This document shows positions 24,301 through 37,165 of a stretch of DNA of 64,000 nucleotides, one piece after another (positions within the stretch are counted from its first letter, which is position 1; each line of letters begins with the position of its first letter). A model generated the notes under the pieces. The model saw nothing but the letters and a program-made list of their open reading frames with translations, had not been told where the DNA came from and did not search any database. This stretch comes from Macrostomum lignano (lineage: Eukaryota), in the NCBI GenBank assembly GCA_002269645.1, contig NIVC01002871.1:62001-126000 (forward strand), given 5' to 3'. The translations under genes were made by a program, and so were the position numbers.

Positions 24301-27300
24301 GTAACCTCATTTGAGACACTCGTCCTCTGAGTAACCTCATTTGAGACACTCGTCCTCTGAGTAACCTCATTTGAGACACTCGTCCTCTGAGTAACCTCAT
24401 TTGAGACACTCGTCCTCTGAGTAACCTCATTTGAGACACTCGTCCTCTGAGTAACCTCATTTGAGACACTTGTCCTCTGAGCAGCCCCATTTGAGATACT
24501 TGTCCTCTGAGGCCTGGTCTAACTGACCCAACGAACAATGACCCCCAACGGATCTCACCACTAGCGAGATGCTCACTCAGATGCGAGTTCCCTGACGCCG
24601 CCGTCGCCGCTGTCGTTGACGCCGCAGCCGAGGCGGCGGGCGACGCTGGCAGCCGTTGCGAGTGGCCGGACGACGACGACGACGAAGCTACGGTGAGAGC
24701 AGCGCAAGCGTCGCCCGCAGAGGCGGAGGCTGGCGAACGAACTGCCGCGTCGAGACTGCCGGCCTGGACAGAGCAAAAATGGCAAGTAGAAGAGCCGAAA
24801 AACAGCGTGCCATATTTGTATGCACAGGTACGAAGTAATTCTTGAGTGGCCTTTAGCTTGACGTTTCTAGCTGAAATTCTAGGAAACTGGTCAATTCCTA
24901 GAATGATACAATTAGGTAAAGAGTGACATGGATAGGGCAAAAGGAGTGACACAAAAAGTGACACTAGAACGTCAAGAAGTGATACAAATAAAATTCAAAA
25001 GTGAAACAAGTGACACAAAAGAGATCTTATACTAACACAGAGAAGCTCAAAGAGTGAAACAATAAAGATCACAGAGTGAAACAATAAAGATCACAGAGTG
25101 AAACAATAAAGATCACAGAGTGAAACAATAAAGATCACAGAGTGAAACAATAAAGATCACAGAGTGAAACAATAAAGATCACAGAGTGAAACAATAAAGA
25201 TCACAGAGTGAAACAATAAAGATCACAGAGTGAAACAATAAAGATCACAGAGTGAAACAATAAAGATCACAGAGTGAAACAATAAAGATCACAGAGTGAA
25301 ACAATAAGGATCACAGAGTGAAACAATAAAGATCACAGAGTGACACAATAAAGATCACAGAGCTACACAATAAAGATCACAAAGTGACACACGGAAGATT
25401 CCAGAGCTACACAATAAAGATCACAGAGTGACCTAAATCTCCCAGAATGATCTCAACCGTCCCTAAAAGCGTCACCTCTTCGAGCGCGGCAGCAGCCATC
25501 CGCGCCTGCAAAGCCGCCGCTGTCTCCGCCTCCAGACGCCGGATGTCGTCGATACTCAGGCCGACCCACTCGTCCTGCCAGGCCCAGGCCTGCCTGTGCG
25601 CTCTCAGCATGGTCTTGCGCAGGGCCACGTCGTGTATGAATCTCTCGATTTTAGTCTGCATGCCCCAGTAGCGGAATTCCACCCGGCACAGCTTGTAGCT
25701 GCACATCACCCGGCCTCCACCGCCCAGATTGCGCCTCCAATCGTCGGCTAGAGGGCCGCGGCCGGTCGCCTTGGAGACAAACAGACGCGGATCCTCGTCG
25801 CGATGATAGTGGCCGGGATCGACCCAGTCGCGGACGATGTCGATGTAATCCACTTGGCGCGCGAGATCGTTGCCCTAGATAATGAAATTAGCGTTTTTAT
25901 ACGTTTTTCTAATTTTAGTAGGGTTTTTTGAGTAGACACTTTATTTTAATGTGCGTCAGAGAGCAAGAGAAATAGGCCGCTTAGAAATATGCATCGAGAA
26001 GAGTTAGTAGGGTGCGGAAAAACATTGCTTGCATAGTTATTGATTGTCGGTCTTGATTAACCGGAATGTAGGAGTACACTCTTTGGAATGTACCCTGTCT
26101 GGAGTGTACACTGTCTGGAATGTACACCGTCGAGAATGCACACTGTCTCTGGAATGTACCCTGTCTCTGGAATGTACCCTGTCTGGAGTGTACACTGTCT
26201 GGAATGTACACCGTCGAGAATGCACACTGTCTCTGGAATGTACCCTGTCTCTGGAATGTACCCTGTCTGGAGTGTACACTGTCTGGAATGTACACCATCG
26301 AGAATGCACACTGTCTCTGGAATGTACACTGTCTGAAATATACCCTGTCTGGAGTGTACACTGTCTGGAATGTACACCGTCGAGAATGCACACTGTCTCT
26401 GGAATGTACCCTGTCTGGAGTGTACACTGTCTGGAATGTACACCGTCGATAATGCACACTGTCTCTGGAATGTACACTGTCTGGAATGTACACCGTCGAG
26501 AATGCACACTGTCTCTGGAATGTACCCTGTCTGGAGTGTACACTGTCTGGAATGTACACCATCGAGAATGCACACTGTCTCTGGAATGTACACTGTCTGA
26601 AATATACCCTGTCTGGAGTGTACACTGTCTGGAATGTACACTGTCGAGAATGCACACTGTCTCTGGAATGTACACTGTCTGGAATGTACACTGTCTGGAA
26701 TGTACACCGTCGAGAATGCACACTGTCTCTGGGATGTACACTATCTGGAATATACCCTGTTTGGAGTGTACACTGTCTGGAATGTACCCTGTCTGGAGTG
26801 TACACTGTCTGGAATGTACCAGTACACTGTCGAGAATGCACACTGTCTCTGGAATGTACACTGTCTGGAATGTACACTGTCTGGAATGTACACTGTCTGG
26901 AATGTACACTGTCTGGAATGTATGTACACTGTCTGGAATGTACACTGTCTGGAATGTACACTGTCTGGAACACATAACTGTGGTCGGGAATGTACACCGT
27001 CGAGAATGCACATGTCTCTGGAATGTAGGTCTACACTGTCTGGAATGTTGAAATGTACGTACACCGTCTAAAGTGATTTATGCAGCTCCCTCAAAATGCA
27101 CGCTTTATCTTGCAGCTACATCAATTGCTCAAGCTATTTATATTTGTATTACTTTAGGCAATATGGAGATCGAAGAATGTTTACAATAAAAAAACGACCC
27201 AGTATAAACTACTATAAGCAAAAATACCCGCTTTCTTCAATTACAACGTTATAAAAACGCTAAAAGTACAAATATTTGCAACTCTCACCTCCAAGCCGAA

Positions 27301-30300
27301 GACATTCTCGGCATCGCCGCCGTCGTCTCTGTAGACGGTCTCAATCTCGAGTAGGAATTTCTCCACAAACGGGCACTTGTAGCGGGTTTTTGTATAGGGG
27401 TATGCATTCCAGGCTTCTTCTTCCACTCGAAGTGCCGACTTGGGCAGGATGGCGCGGAACCAGGCTGTGGTTGGGCGTTGCATCGGGTAGGCAGTTCAAT
27501 GGCACTCCATAGACACCTCGATAATACTAATGGCACTCCATAGACACCTCGATAATACTAATGGCACTCCGTAGACACCTCGCTACTATTAATGGCACTC
27601 CATAGACACCTCGCTACTATCAATGGCACCCCATAGACACCATGCTACTATCAGTGGCACTCCATTGACACCATGCTATTATTAATGGCACTCCATAATA
27701 GACACCATGCTACTACATGTATCAGTGGCACTCCATTGACACCTCGCTACTATCAATGGCACTCCATTGACACCTCGCTACTATCAATGGCACTCCATTG
27801 ACACCATGCTACTATCAATGGCACTCCATTGACACCATGCTACTATCAATGGCACTCCATTGACACCATGCTACTATCAATGGCACTCCATAATAGACAC
27901 CATGCTACTACATGTATCAGTGGCACTCCATTGACACCTCGCTACTATCAGTGGCACCCCATAGACACCATGCTACTATCAGTGGCACCCCATAGACACC
28001 ATGCTACTATCAGTGGCACCCCATAGACACCATGCTACTATCAATGGCACCCCATAGACACCATGCTACTATCAATGGCACCCCATAGACACCATGCTAT
28101 TATTAATGGCACCCATAGACACCATGCTATTATTAATGGCACCCCATAGACACCATGCTATTATTAATGGCACCCCATAGACACCATGCTATTATTAATG
28201 GCACCCCACAGACATTTTCCTATCCTAAATGTCACTTGAAACTCCATGGTACAAGTACTGCTTATTAAACACTTTACTATCGCTGACAGTGCACAACAAA
28301 ATACAAACAGCACGTGACTACTTTTAAGTAGTAGAAACCGGCAACGGAGGCTCACCAGGCAAGTGGCTGCCAATGTGGTAGATCTTAAAAGTGTACTGGC
28401 CCCGGCCGCCCGGCCCGTTCTCGTACGGCTCGTTAATGATTATCTCCACGCCGGACCCGCTGCCGGTGCTCTCTTCGCGGGATTTTTTCTGCGTTGTTAA
28501 AATTGTGGGTAAAGTGTCGGTGAATGCGTTGGTGATGATGTCGATAAAAGTGTGGATAAAGTCGATTAAAGCGTTAATTAATATTTCGATGAACGTGTCG
28601 TTGAAAGTGTCAGTGAAAGCGTCGGTAATAGTATCGATGAAAATGTCGATGAAGGCGTCAGTAATAGTGCCAATGAGAGTGTCGGTGAATATTGGCGAAC
28701 TGTCGATAAAAGTGTCGACAGCACTGCACTCCGCTGGCAGAATTTATTAATATATTCGTACAATCCCAGTAAAACACTTCAGGACACGGTGTCCGCCAGT
28801 CCAGCTCTGATTTAAACATGACATTTGATGGGCAGGGCAGGCTGCCAGCCAAAGTGCCTCTGCCCAGATCCCTCGAGTAAGAAGAAGCGCGCTACTCCAA
28901 AGCCCAGCAATGAACTCATAGTCATACTCATAAGCAAAGCTGTGTCGTTTTTTAGCTTGTCCGCTTCTTGAGCTGAGACAGAAAATGAGAGAGGCTGCGC
29001 TGGAGCCTCATCAAGCCTCGGGTATCGGGACATAGCTTGGGGGGGAGGGGGCAGTGGACAGCGGATGAGGGGAGGCAACGAGCCGAAGTGAATTCAATCG
29101 ACTTGGCAAACAGGACGAGAAACTTGCGAGCTCTTCTGGAAGATAGGTTTTTTCTGTTTCTTTTTATATAACGTTATATTATACTTTTATTTAAGTACGC
29201 AGAGCTGACCCCGATAAAGGCCAGACTGTCAGAACGGGCTCTGGGATGAAGGAGGGTAATTTCCTCACCCCCGACCCCCAATAACCGCATTTTCGGGATC
29301 TGAATTCAGAAAGCTGAACTGCTTCATCAGGGCTTGGAGAGTAGGCGAAATTGCGGAATAATAAAACTTAAATTTAAAGCGGATGTCACGAAAGCGAAGA
29401 ATTTTAGAATGGTTACCATGGAACCATGAAGTTCCTGATGAAACATCCGGAAAGGAAACCGACTACTGGCCACAGATACTATATAATATAGTATATAATA
29501 TAATATAGTATCTGTGCTACTGGCTTGACCAATAGAAATCTAGGCAAGTGAACAACTTTTGGTTCAACCCTCGCTTCGATATTTGGTCCAGAAAGACGGT
29601 TCAGATTTTTTCCAATTGGATCATAGACAGTTCAAGTCATAAACAGGTTGGGTCATGGGCAGATCGGTTCAAAGACAGTTTAGGTCATAGACAGGTTGAG
29701 TCATAGACAGACTGGGTCATAGACATTTTGAGTCAGTTTGAGTAATAAACATGCAATCTGGGTCACATAATTTGGGTAATAAACAGTTTGGTTTCACAGA
29801 CAGTCTGGGTCATACGTGTAGGTCGGGGACTTAAAGGTCAGGGGTTTGATTCTCGAACCACTCGGAACAATTTGTGTCTTTGAGCAAGGCACTCAACTCT
29901 GCATTGCTTCAGTTCACCCAGCTGTAAAATGGGTGCCAGCATTAGCTGGGGTAATTGAAGGTAATGTGTGGCGACCCCCCAGTCCTTGGACTGAACAGCC
30001 GTGCGCAGCCTTCAGATGCGCCGCGCAATAGCTGCGGCTGAGCTGTCGGTTGCACATCTATTAGGTGCAGATGTAATCAGTTATTATTAGTAATTTAATT
30101 GGGTCATAGGCAGTTTCAGTTATAGATAGTTACGTCATAGATAATTTAGGCCATACTCATAGAAGCTTTGCTGTGCCGTGACCTTTTCTTTTCCAGATGC
30201 ATTTATTTAAAGGTCCTTGGCCAATTGCCATTCGCAATCATTTCTAACAACGTTTTCTTTATTAATTACTTTAGTTTGCTACAGAACGCATGACTTCTTG

Positions 30301-33059
30301 GCAAAAAAGCAATTAATCGCCCTAGAAAAGCAATTTAATTGGCGAAGCGCGCGTGCCAAAGCTAAAAGTACAAAAACAGTAAAATTCAGGGCAAAACAAA
30401 ATCTTTTTATTTATTTTGAACCTTTAGCGCTGTATGAAGGTGCAGCAACTTCCAGTCCAATCAAAGATGGGCCATCAAGCGTTTAACCCAGAAAGTTAGT
30501 GCAGCAAGAAAGCTTGTAAGATCAACAATTCAATCAATTAATCAACCAATCGAACAATTAATTAATCAATTAATCAATCAATCAGTCAATAAATTGACCA
30601 ATCAACCAACCAACTAACCAATAAATCAATCAATCAATCAATCAATCGATCGATCGATCAATCAATCAAGTAGCCGATAAATCTATCAATTAATCATTCA
30701 ATCAATCAACCAACCAGTAAATAAACTAATGGAAAATCAAACAACCATATTCTAACCATATAAGTAATATCAGTGTAGACTACAATGCTCAAAAGCTAGG
30801 TTCCATTTTAAATGCAGTTTGTGGATAGGTCTAATTAAAGCATCAGACATTTAATTAGTTCCTTGCTTCAGTTCCTTGAAACTGCACTGATGGAGTGCGG
30901 CCAGCGTTGCTGTATACTGTGCCTGTGCATCCCACTTATTCAAACAAAATTCTAATCAATCAAGTTCTCTTTTTGCGTTCTTTAATCTTTTTTTTAGAAT
31001 ACACACTGAATATATAGACATTAAAGAACGCGACCTTGAAAATGCATGCACTTTAACTGTAGCACTGTTGCTTTGTCCCAACAGCATGAGACTATTTATA
31101 TATATACTTCGTAGAGATTATAAATGCGTTGTATTGCAAATTTAGATCTGCTCAAGACTATTTACTTGAATTGAGACTATTTACATTTAATTATTTTATG
31201 GATAGTTTGCTTCTTGGAAATTGAAGGCGTTGATTGGAGAGGGTTGTAGACAGTTTTTGTTTTCAGATAGCGTGGGTCGTAGGCATTTTTGGTCATAGAT
31301 AGCTTGAGCCAGAGACAGTTTATGTCATAATATAATAATATTATTTGATTAAAACCAGCCCTACTGTGTGCTGATTGCAACCGACAGCTCAGCCGCAGCT
31401 ATTGCGCGGCGCATCTGAAGGCTGCGTACGGCTGTTCAGTCCAAGGCCTGGGGGATCGCCACACATACCCTCAATTATCCCAGCTAATGCTGGCACCCAT
31501 TTTACATCTGGGTGAACTGCAGCAATGCAGAGTTAAGTTCCTTGCTCAAGGACACAAATTGTTCCGAGTGGATCGAAAATCGAACCTGCAACCTTTCAGT
31601 CGTGAGTTGTGTCATAGACAGATTGGGCCATAGACAGTTTAGCTCATAGACGGTCTACGTCGGAGAAGTTTGAGTCATAGACAGTTTATGTCATAGATAG
31701 CGTGGGTCATAGGCAGTTTGGTCATAGATAGATTAAGTCATAGAGAGTTTGCGTCCAAGACAGGTTGGGTCATAGACAATTAATTATAACTCAACTTAAT
31801 ATGACCTGAACTATATTTTAATGCACAGAGACATTAATCAATGGCCTCAAACTGTGCATGACTTAACCTGTCTATGACCCGATCTGTCTATGACACAACC
31901 TGTCTATGACACAACCTCACAACCTGTCTATGACACAAACTGGACGTATATGACACAACCTGTCTATGATACAACCTGTCTATGACACAACCTGTCTATG
32001 ATACAACCTGTCTATGATACAACCTGTCTATGACACAACCTGTCTATGATACAACCTGTCTATGACACAACCTGTCTATGACAGAACCTGTCTATGACAG
32101 AACCTGTCTATGACAGAACCTGTCTATGACAGAACCTGTCTATGACGCAACCTGTCGATGACACAACCTGTCTATGATACAACCTGTCTATGACAGAACC
32201 TGTCTATGATACAACCTGTCTATGACAGAACCTGTCTATGATACAACCTGTCTATGATACAACCTGTCTATGACACAACCTGTCTATGTCCCAACCTATG
32301 ACCCAACCTGTCTATGACACAACCTGTCTATGACCCAACCTGTCTATAACCCAAACTATTTATGACCCTACCTGTTTATGGCAAAAACTGTGTATGACTC
32401 AAACTGTTTAAGGCTTTCTTATTACGACCGTAGTACTATTTAAATCTAGCGAGACTTATACGGCGTTACACTGGGAAAATAAATTTACTTGGGAGTGAAA
32501 AGGGATTTAAAAATCCCTAATCCAGAAATAAAAAGAGCCTTAGCAGAGCATCCCAAGGAAGAATATAGCCCCCCTCCCTAAAGAGCAGCTGCAGCAAAAT
32601 AGCGTCAGATCTATAGAACTGATGAACTGATGGCGAAAATAGCACAGCTTGGCAGTGAAGGCTAGAGATGAAGGAAGGTTAGGGGAGGGAGAGAGCGCAC
32701 AAGGATAATTAGATTTTGTCGCTCGGCTCGGGCAGGCTGGGATAGCTGGGGAGGACATGAGGCCGAGGGGGAATAGGCAGGAAGACAGTGAGGGTCGTAG
32801 CAGTGTCTATACGTATATCTCTGCGCAGCTGATGATGGGGGATCAAAGCCCCTCTCTACTCTACCCAAATAGCGAATCTCAGCCTCCCTGCTAAGTCGCT
32901 GCTGCATCATCCTCCCATTCCTGTAGAATTTATACTGCTTGACTTGGCAATATAAATTATAGATAAGCAGAGCTCTCTCACCTGAATCATGTACAGCTGA
33001 GCAATCCTGTACTCTGCCACGGTGAGAGGCATGCAGATTCGGTACTCTTTCACCAGCAT
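15383..33059 (-). CDS. PITPNM: Membrane-associated phosphatidylinositol transfer protein (PITPNM/Nir2/rdgB): PITP, FFAT-like, DDHD and LNS2 domains, ~1251 aa, 14 exons
   Basis: Exons 33059-32982, 28488-28356, 27464-27289, 25874-25476, 24763-24559, 23854-23166, 22821-22602, 21303-20881, 20387-20176, 20090-19905, 18902-18786, 18326-18057, 17519-17184, 15694-15383 (3756 nt; all phases consistent). Motifs [105 protein letters not shown]. Confidence 0.95.
15707..16430. repeat. Minisatellite, 22-bp unit CTGACACTTTGATGATGCAGAT (last PITPNM intron)
   Basis: Tandem copies, degenerating after ~16230. Confidence 0.95.
16437..17165. repeat. Minisatellite, 20-bp unit CTGACACTCTAAGCGGGGAT (last PITPNM intron)
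   Basis: About 36 copies; shares the GATCTGACACT core with the adjacent 22-bp array. Confidence 0.95.
17560..18028. repeat. Minisatellite, ~35-bp unit TTATCCCATCTCAACTGGGGAGATTTCTCATGCCA
   Basis: About 13 copies filling intron 17520-18056. Confidence 0.9.
18415..18693. repeat. Minisatellite, 16-bp unit ATCTCCCATCTGGCTT
   Basis: About 17 copies. Confidence 0.95.
21411..22342. repeat. Minisatellite, 38-bp unit CTATCAGGATAGTAGCTATACTGAGCTCCCTGCCATGT
   Basis: About 24 copies. Confidence 0.95.
23043..23150. repeat. Short minisatellite, 25-bp unit GAGTGACAGATACATGTGCATCCGA
   Basis: About 4 copies, ending ~15 nt from the donor at 23165. Confidence 0.85.
24132..24510. repeat. Minisatellite, 30-bp unit GTAACCTCATTTGAGACACTCGTCCTCTGA
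   Basis: About 12 copies. Confidence 0.95.
25052..25437. repeat. Minisatellite, 22-bp unit GAGTGAAACAATAAAGATCACA
   Basis: About 16 copies. Confidence 0.95.
26085..27055. repeat. Compound minisatellite built on GGAATGTACACTGTCT and GTCGAGAATGCACACTGTCTCT modules
   Basis: Higher-order mixing of 16- and ~22-bp modules. Confidence 0.9.
27495..28207. repeat. Minisatellite, ~31-bp unit ATGGCACTCCATTGACACCATGCTACTATCA
   Basis: About 22 copies with variants. Confidence 0.95.
29833..30055 (+). mobile_element. SINE with MIR/CORE-like central domain, 5'-truncated copy
   Basis: B-box-like GGTTTGATTC, then TGTGTCTTTGAGCAAGGCACTCAACTCTGCATTGCTTCAGTTCACCCAGCTGTAAAATGGG; same family as 31376-31607 and 54397-54655. 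Confidence 0.8.
30525..30715. repeat. Imperfect (TCAA)n microsatellite
   Basis: ATCAATCAATCAA runs. Confidence 0.85.
31376..31607 (-). mobile_element. SINE with MIR/CORE-like central domain, inverted copy
   Basis: Reverse complement of the 29833-30055 family. Confidence 0.8.
31615..32400. repeat. 16-bp repeat family in both orientations: GTCATAGACAG.TT.. (31615-31780, also 29630-29815) and ACAACCTGTCTATGAC (31865-32400)
   Basis: The two units are reverse complements of each other. Confidence 0.85.
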
Positions 33060-33366
33060 TTCTGATGCGAATAACTGAATTCAATCAAATTAACTGTTAA
33101 ATCTATTTATAATCTATATTCTCTACCCAATGCAAGTTGCAAACTGTTCATTGCATTTCATTTGCAGCCCTGATTTGAATTAGGTGCTGAAAGTTTTTGA
33201 CAGAGTTGATGAATTGATAAGTAAAAAACATTGTCATACCCTGGTAATATTATGTGCAAGAGAGCCATGATAGCACAAAAGATAAATATAATTCAATTTT
33301 CTAACAATACCGACATAAATTACTCGTACTTAAAGTCTTGTAACTAAAAAGCTATCCCCAGTCCAA

Positions 33367-34040
33367 TCCCTGAGACTGCAGCTATCCCCATTCCCATCCC
33401 TGAGACTCCAGCTATCCCCATTCCCATCCCTGATGCTGCAGTTATCCCCATTCCCATCCCTGATGCTGCAGCTATCCCCATTCCCATCCCTGAGACTGCA
33501 GCTATCCCCCATTCCCATCCCTGAGACTGCAGCTATCCCCATTCCCATCCCTGATGCCGCAGCTATCCCCATTCCCATCCCTGAGACTCCAGCTATCCCC
33601 ATTCCCATCCCTGAGACTGCAGATATCCCCATTCCCATCCCTGATGCCGCAGCTATCCCCATTCCCATCCCTGAGATTGCAGATATCCCCATTCCCATCC
33701 CTGAGACTCCAGCTATCCTCATTTCCATCCCTGATGCCGCAGCTATCCCCATTCCCATCCCTGAGACTGCAGCTATCCCCATTTCCATCCCTGAGACTCT
33801 AGCTATCCCCATTCCGATCCCTGAGACTCCAGCTATCTCCATTCCCATCCCTGAGACTGCAGATATCCCCATTCCCATCCCTGAGACTCCAGCTATTCCC
33901 ATTCCCATCCCTGAGACTGCAGATATCCCCATTCCCATCCCTGAGACTCCAGCTATCCCCATTCCCATCCTTGAGACTGCAGATATCCCCATTCCCATCC
34001 CTGAGACTCCAGCTATCCCCATTCCCATCTCTGAGACCCA
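33367..34040. repeat. Minisatellite, 30-bp unit CTGAGACTGCAGCTATCCCCATTCCCATCC
   Basis: About 22 copies upstream of PITPNM coding exon 1. Confidence 0.95.
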
Positions 34041-36765
34041 TCCCTACAGTTACCACATCCTGAAATTTCCATTTGCGCAAACACTTCCTAGACAGGTCGC
34101 CATGAGAAATTCAAGCCCAGGCGCAAATTCAAAAACGCCCCTGTTCACAAGTAAATTTCACAGACAGTTAATCCCCATTATGGGAAGCATAAAGTGCATA
34201 TATATGCGGATCGTGAGATAGTTACAATTGACCTCTGAAACGAGCAGCATTTCAGACTGCAACTGTCCACTTTTGAAGGTCAGTTGAACTTTTCTATTTC
34301 CACTGAGCATGTTTAGAAAAGTCCAATTAATGTGTCTACAAAACAAATGTGAAAACGGCATGTTGATGCTGTTCCTTCAACTCATAACAAGATTTATAAC
34401 CATAATTTTCAATAATCGGCCTTCAAAACGTTTTTAATGCTTCGTATTGTCTCTTAGTACTTCGAAGTAGTTGCTTGCTACTAACTTACTAAAGCTGCTT
34501 TCTGGTCTTCCCAGCTCAATTTAGTATACAAAAAGACTCGATTGTACCCTAGGGAAAAAATGGCAAAAGGGATAAAATTGTGGTAGAATCCAAGATAAAA
34601 CTGGCAAGGATAGGCATCAGCATGAGCTGAGCCAAGAGGAGAAATTAGCGCATGGGAATACGTATGGATGGAGAGGAGCGGCTGGGGGAGCAGGGGTTTA
34701 TACCACCGGGAAGAAGAGATTAAAGTCCCAGGCCAGACTCGGTGCTTGATCCCAGGATGCGAATCAACCTGACCAATGGCGAATTAGCAATTTGGCCAAG
34801 CCTTGCGCTTCCCAACCTTCCTTCCTCTCTGGCATGCTCGTCTCGCATCATATAGATTAACTTTATCGGCCGTGTGTTCGACTTTTTGTCTCGAATAAGA
34901 TGAGAAGGAGGCCGGAAAATATTCGATGGCTCTGGTGATAGCAGCTAGCCGAGAATCCGGGGTTCTTTAGGACTAGAATTAAAGTGCAGATTCTATGGTT
35001 TATCTATCCCAAGCATAAGATTGCCTAGAATGCATTCCATGTGACTTAATGGCTAGTTTTGCATGGCTAAAACTGCCTGCTAGAACTAGTTCCAGATGAC
35101 AATCAGTTTTTGGTAGCCTTGTATTATTTCTGGCTTTTACCAAGAGGCAAATAGAATAATAGAATTGATATTCAATATCAATATGCAATATATTTTTACA
35201 GATCAATATAATAGCATTGGATTTAAAAATGGTTTTTAATTAATTTTCATTGGCTAATAAACAAAAATAGGAGTTCATAGTGAAATGTTAAAACCCTCCC
35301 AAATTTATGCTGAGATAATTTCACATAACAAATGAATGAATTCAACAACTGCATGTGAATATTTTTATAAAGTATATTTTTAATTTAAGTCTCCATCATT
35401 TATAATAACATATTTTTTGCAAAAATATTAAATTATAATATTTTACAAAACATATACAAGTCTCCAGTAAGAGCTGCCTACTGTTCGAAATATTAGCAGT
35501 TTAAAAGCTTGTATATTTATAAAGACTTATAAGAATTATAAACATGGCTTAGGTAGACACTAAACATACAAATACTTAATATAACAAGAGTTCCTCTAAA
35601 AAGCACTTTTTTCATTTGAAAGACAAGTAAGTTTGACTTTTTATTTCTCTTTTAAGAAATTCAATCTTACTACCGAGTGTAGGTGTCAAAAGCATATCAT
35701 CTTTTATATTATGTACTACTTTGTTTCACGCTTGAACAAAAAAGCTAAGCTATTAAATGACATCTTTTGGTAAAATTTTATTTCATTCATGAGCTAAAAA
35801 ATCTAGTCAAAAAGTTAGGTTGCAGTGATTAGACAAATAGCGAATATGTGTCTAGCTTTGAGTTATCGTTTTTTATGTTCTAGCAGAACAGATAGACACT
35901 GTTAAACTTAATTCTGTCTGTTGTTGACTTTTGAGCGCGATAAATAAAAAATTATTTCATATAATGAAGAAAGTTCAAACTACAAATCTTTACGCCAAAC
36001 GCAATTAAACAAAGAAATTGGCTTCGCAAAAGTAAGTAGCTACTTTGTGTGGTTTAATTTTTTGAAGTTTTTATTAGGGACTTAGGAAAAAAATTTAAAA
36101 TGATAATAAAATCAGCTTTGTCATTAGATTCCAGTTTTGCCGGAACCGAACCGGATTAATGAAAAAGCCAAGAGAAAAAATGACGATTCTAGCCAGGCTT
36201 ACTGCTTGACAAGGTTTTCAATGTGTAGAAAGCAGTCAGCCAGTTTCAGCTTTTTTCAGTTTTAGTGCACACAGCAATTTTGTCAATCTGAACTTGCTTA
36301 TATTTATAAATTTTCTACTTGAGTTGGCCACAATATTAGGCCCCCAGCCACCCCCTAGCCTATAGTAGGCCTGCCCCTATATAATGCCAATTGTAGTGAT
36401 ACAGATAGGCCTAAGTGAGTGGGTTAGGGTTATTGAGTGGATTAGTGAGTGGGTTAGGCCTAGTTAACTAATTTGGCCTAAAATAAGATAGGCCTATTTA
36501 ATATTAGGATACCAAGTCCAAAATTCCATAATAAATATAATTTTTTTTCATAGGCCTAGGCCTAACTGCCATTTTTATCTTTCTTTCTTGACTAGGCCTG
36601 ATTTTCAAAAGGCCTAAGGTGAATGTGTCTTTTTTTAGCCAAATAGGCCTAAGCCTAAGATTTATCAAATGACAAAAAAAAAAAAAGAAAAAAATAACTT
36701 TTAAAATTTCATTGGACTTAGGCCTAGACAAAAGTTGGATAAACTCATACTTAGGCGCAACCCAC

Positions 36766-36920
36766 AACCTAGGGATTTACCCAGCCATTTCTATTTGCAA
36801 CACACGCATGTAAATCACTATTGGACAGAAAAGTAATCAGCTGACTGCTCTTAGCCAATAGTGACTTACATGTGTCGTGTGTGTGTTGCCAATTGAAATG
36901 GCTGGGTAAATCCCTAGGTT
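36766..36920. repeat. ~155-bp fold-back (MITE-like hairpin)
   Basis: Arm AACCTAGGGATTTACCCAGCCATTTC...CACTATTGG pairs with CCAATAGTG...GAAATGGCTGGGTAAATCCCTAGGTT; ~30-nt loop; CAC on both flanks. Confidence 0.75.
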
Positions 36921-37165
36921 CACCAACAGAAAATTAGTCAGCTGATTGCTCTCAGCCAATAGTGACTTACATGTGTGTGTTGCCAATAGAAATGGCTAAA
37001 TGATTCCCAAGCCCCAAGGTTATGCATGTATAGGTAAACCTAAACTAATTTAATTAGATATTAAAAGAACATAATAGAAAAGTTTGAAATTTTGATATAA
37101 ATATAGGTAGGCCATATATATATGTATAGCTAGGTCATTGGGGTCTATGAGAGTTTCTTATAGAT

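Noticed and set aside
25981-27071. Many long overlapping ORFs on both strands
   Set aside because: All lie in an intronic compound minisatellite.
33330-34221. IPIPET and GMGIA repeat ORFs resembling structural proteins
   Set aside because: 30-bp minisatellite open on both strands; no splice support.
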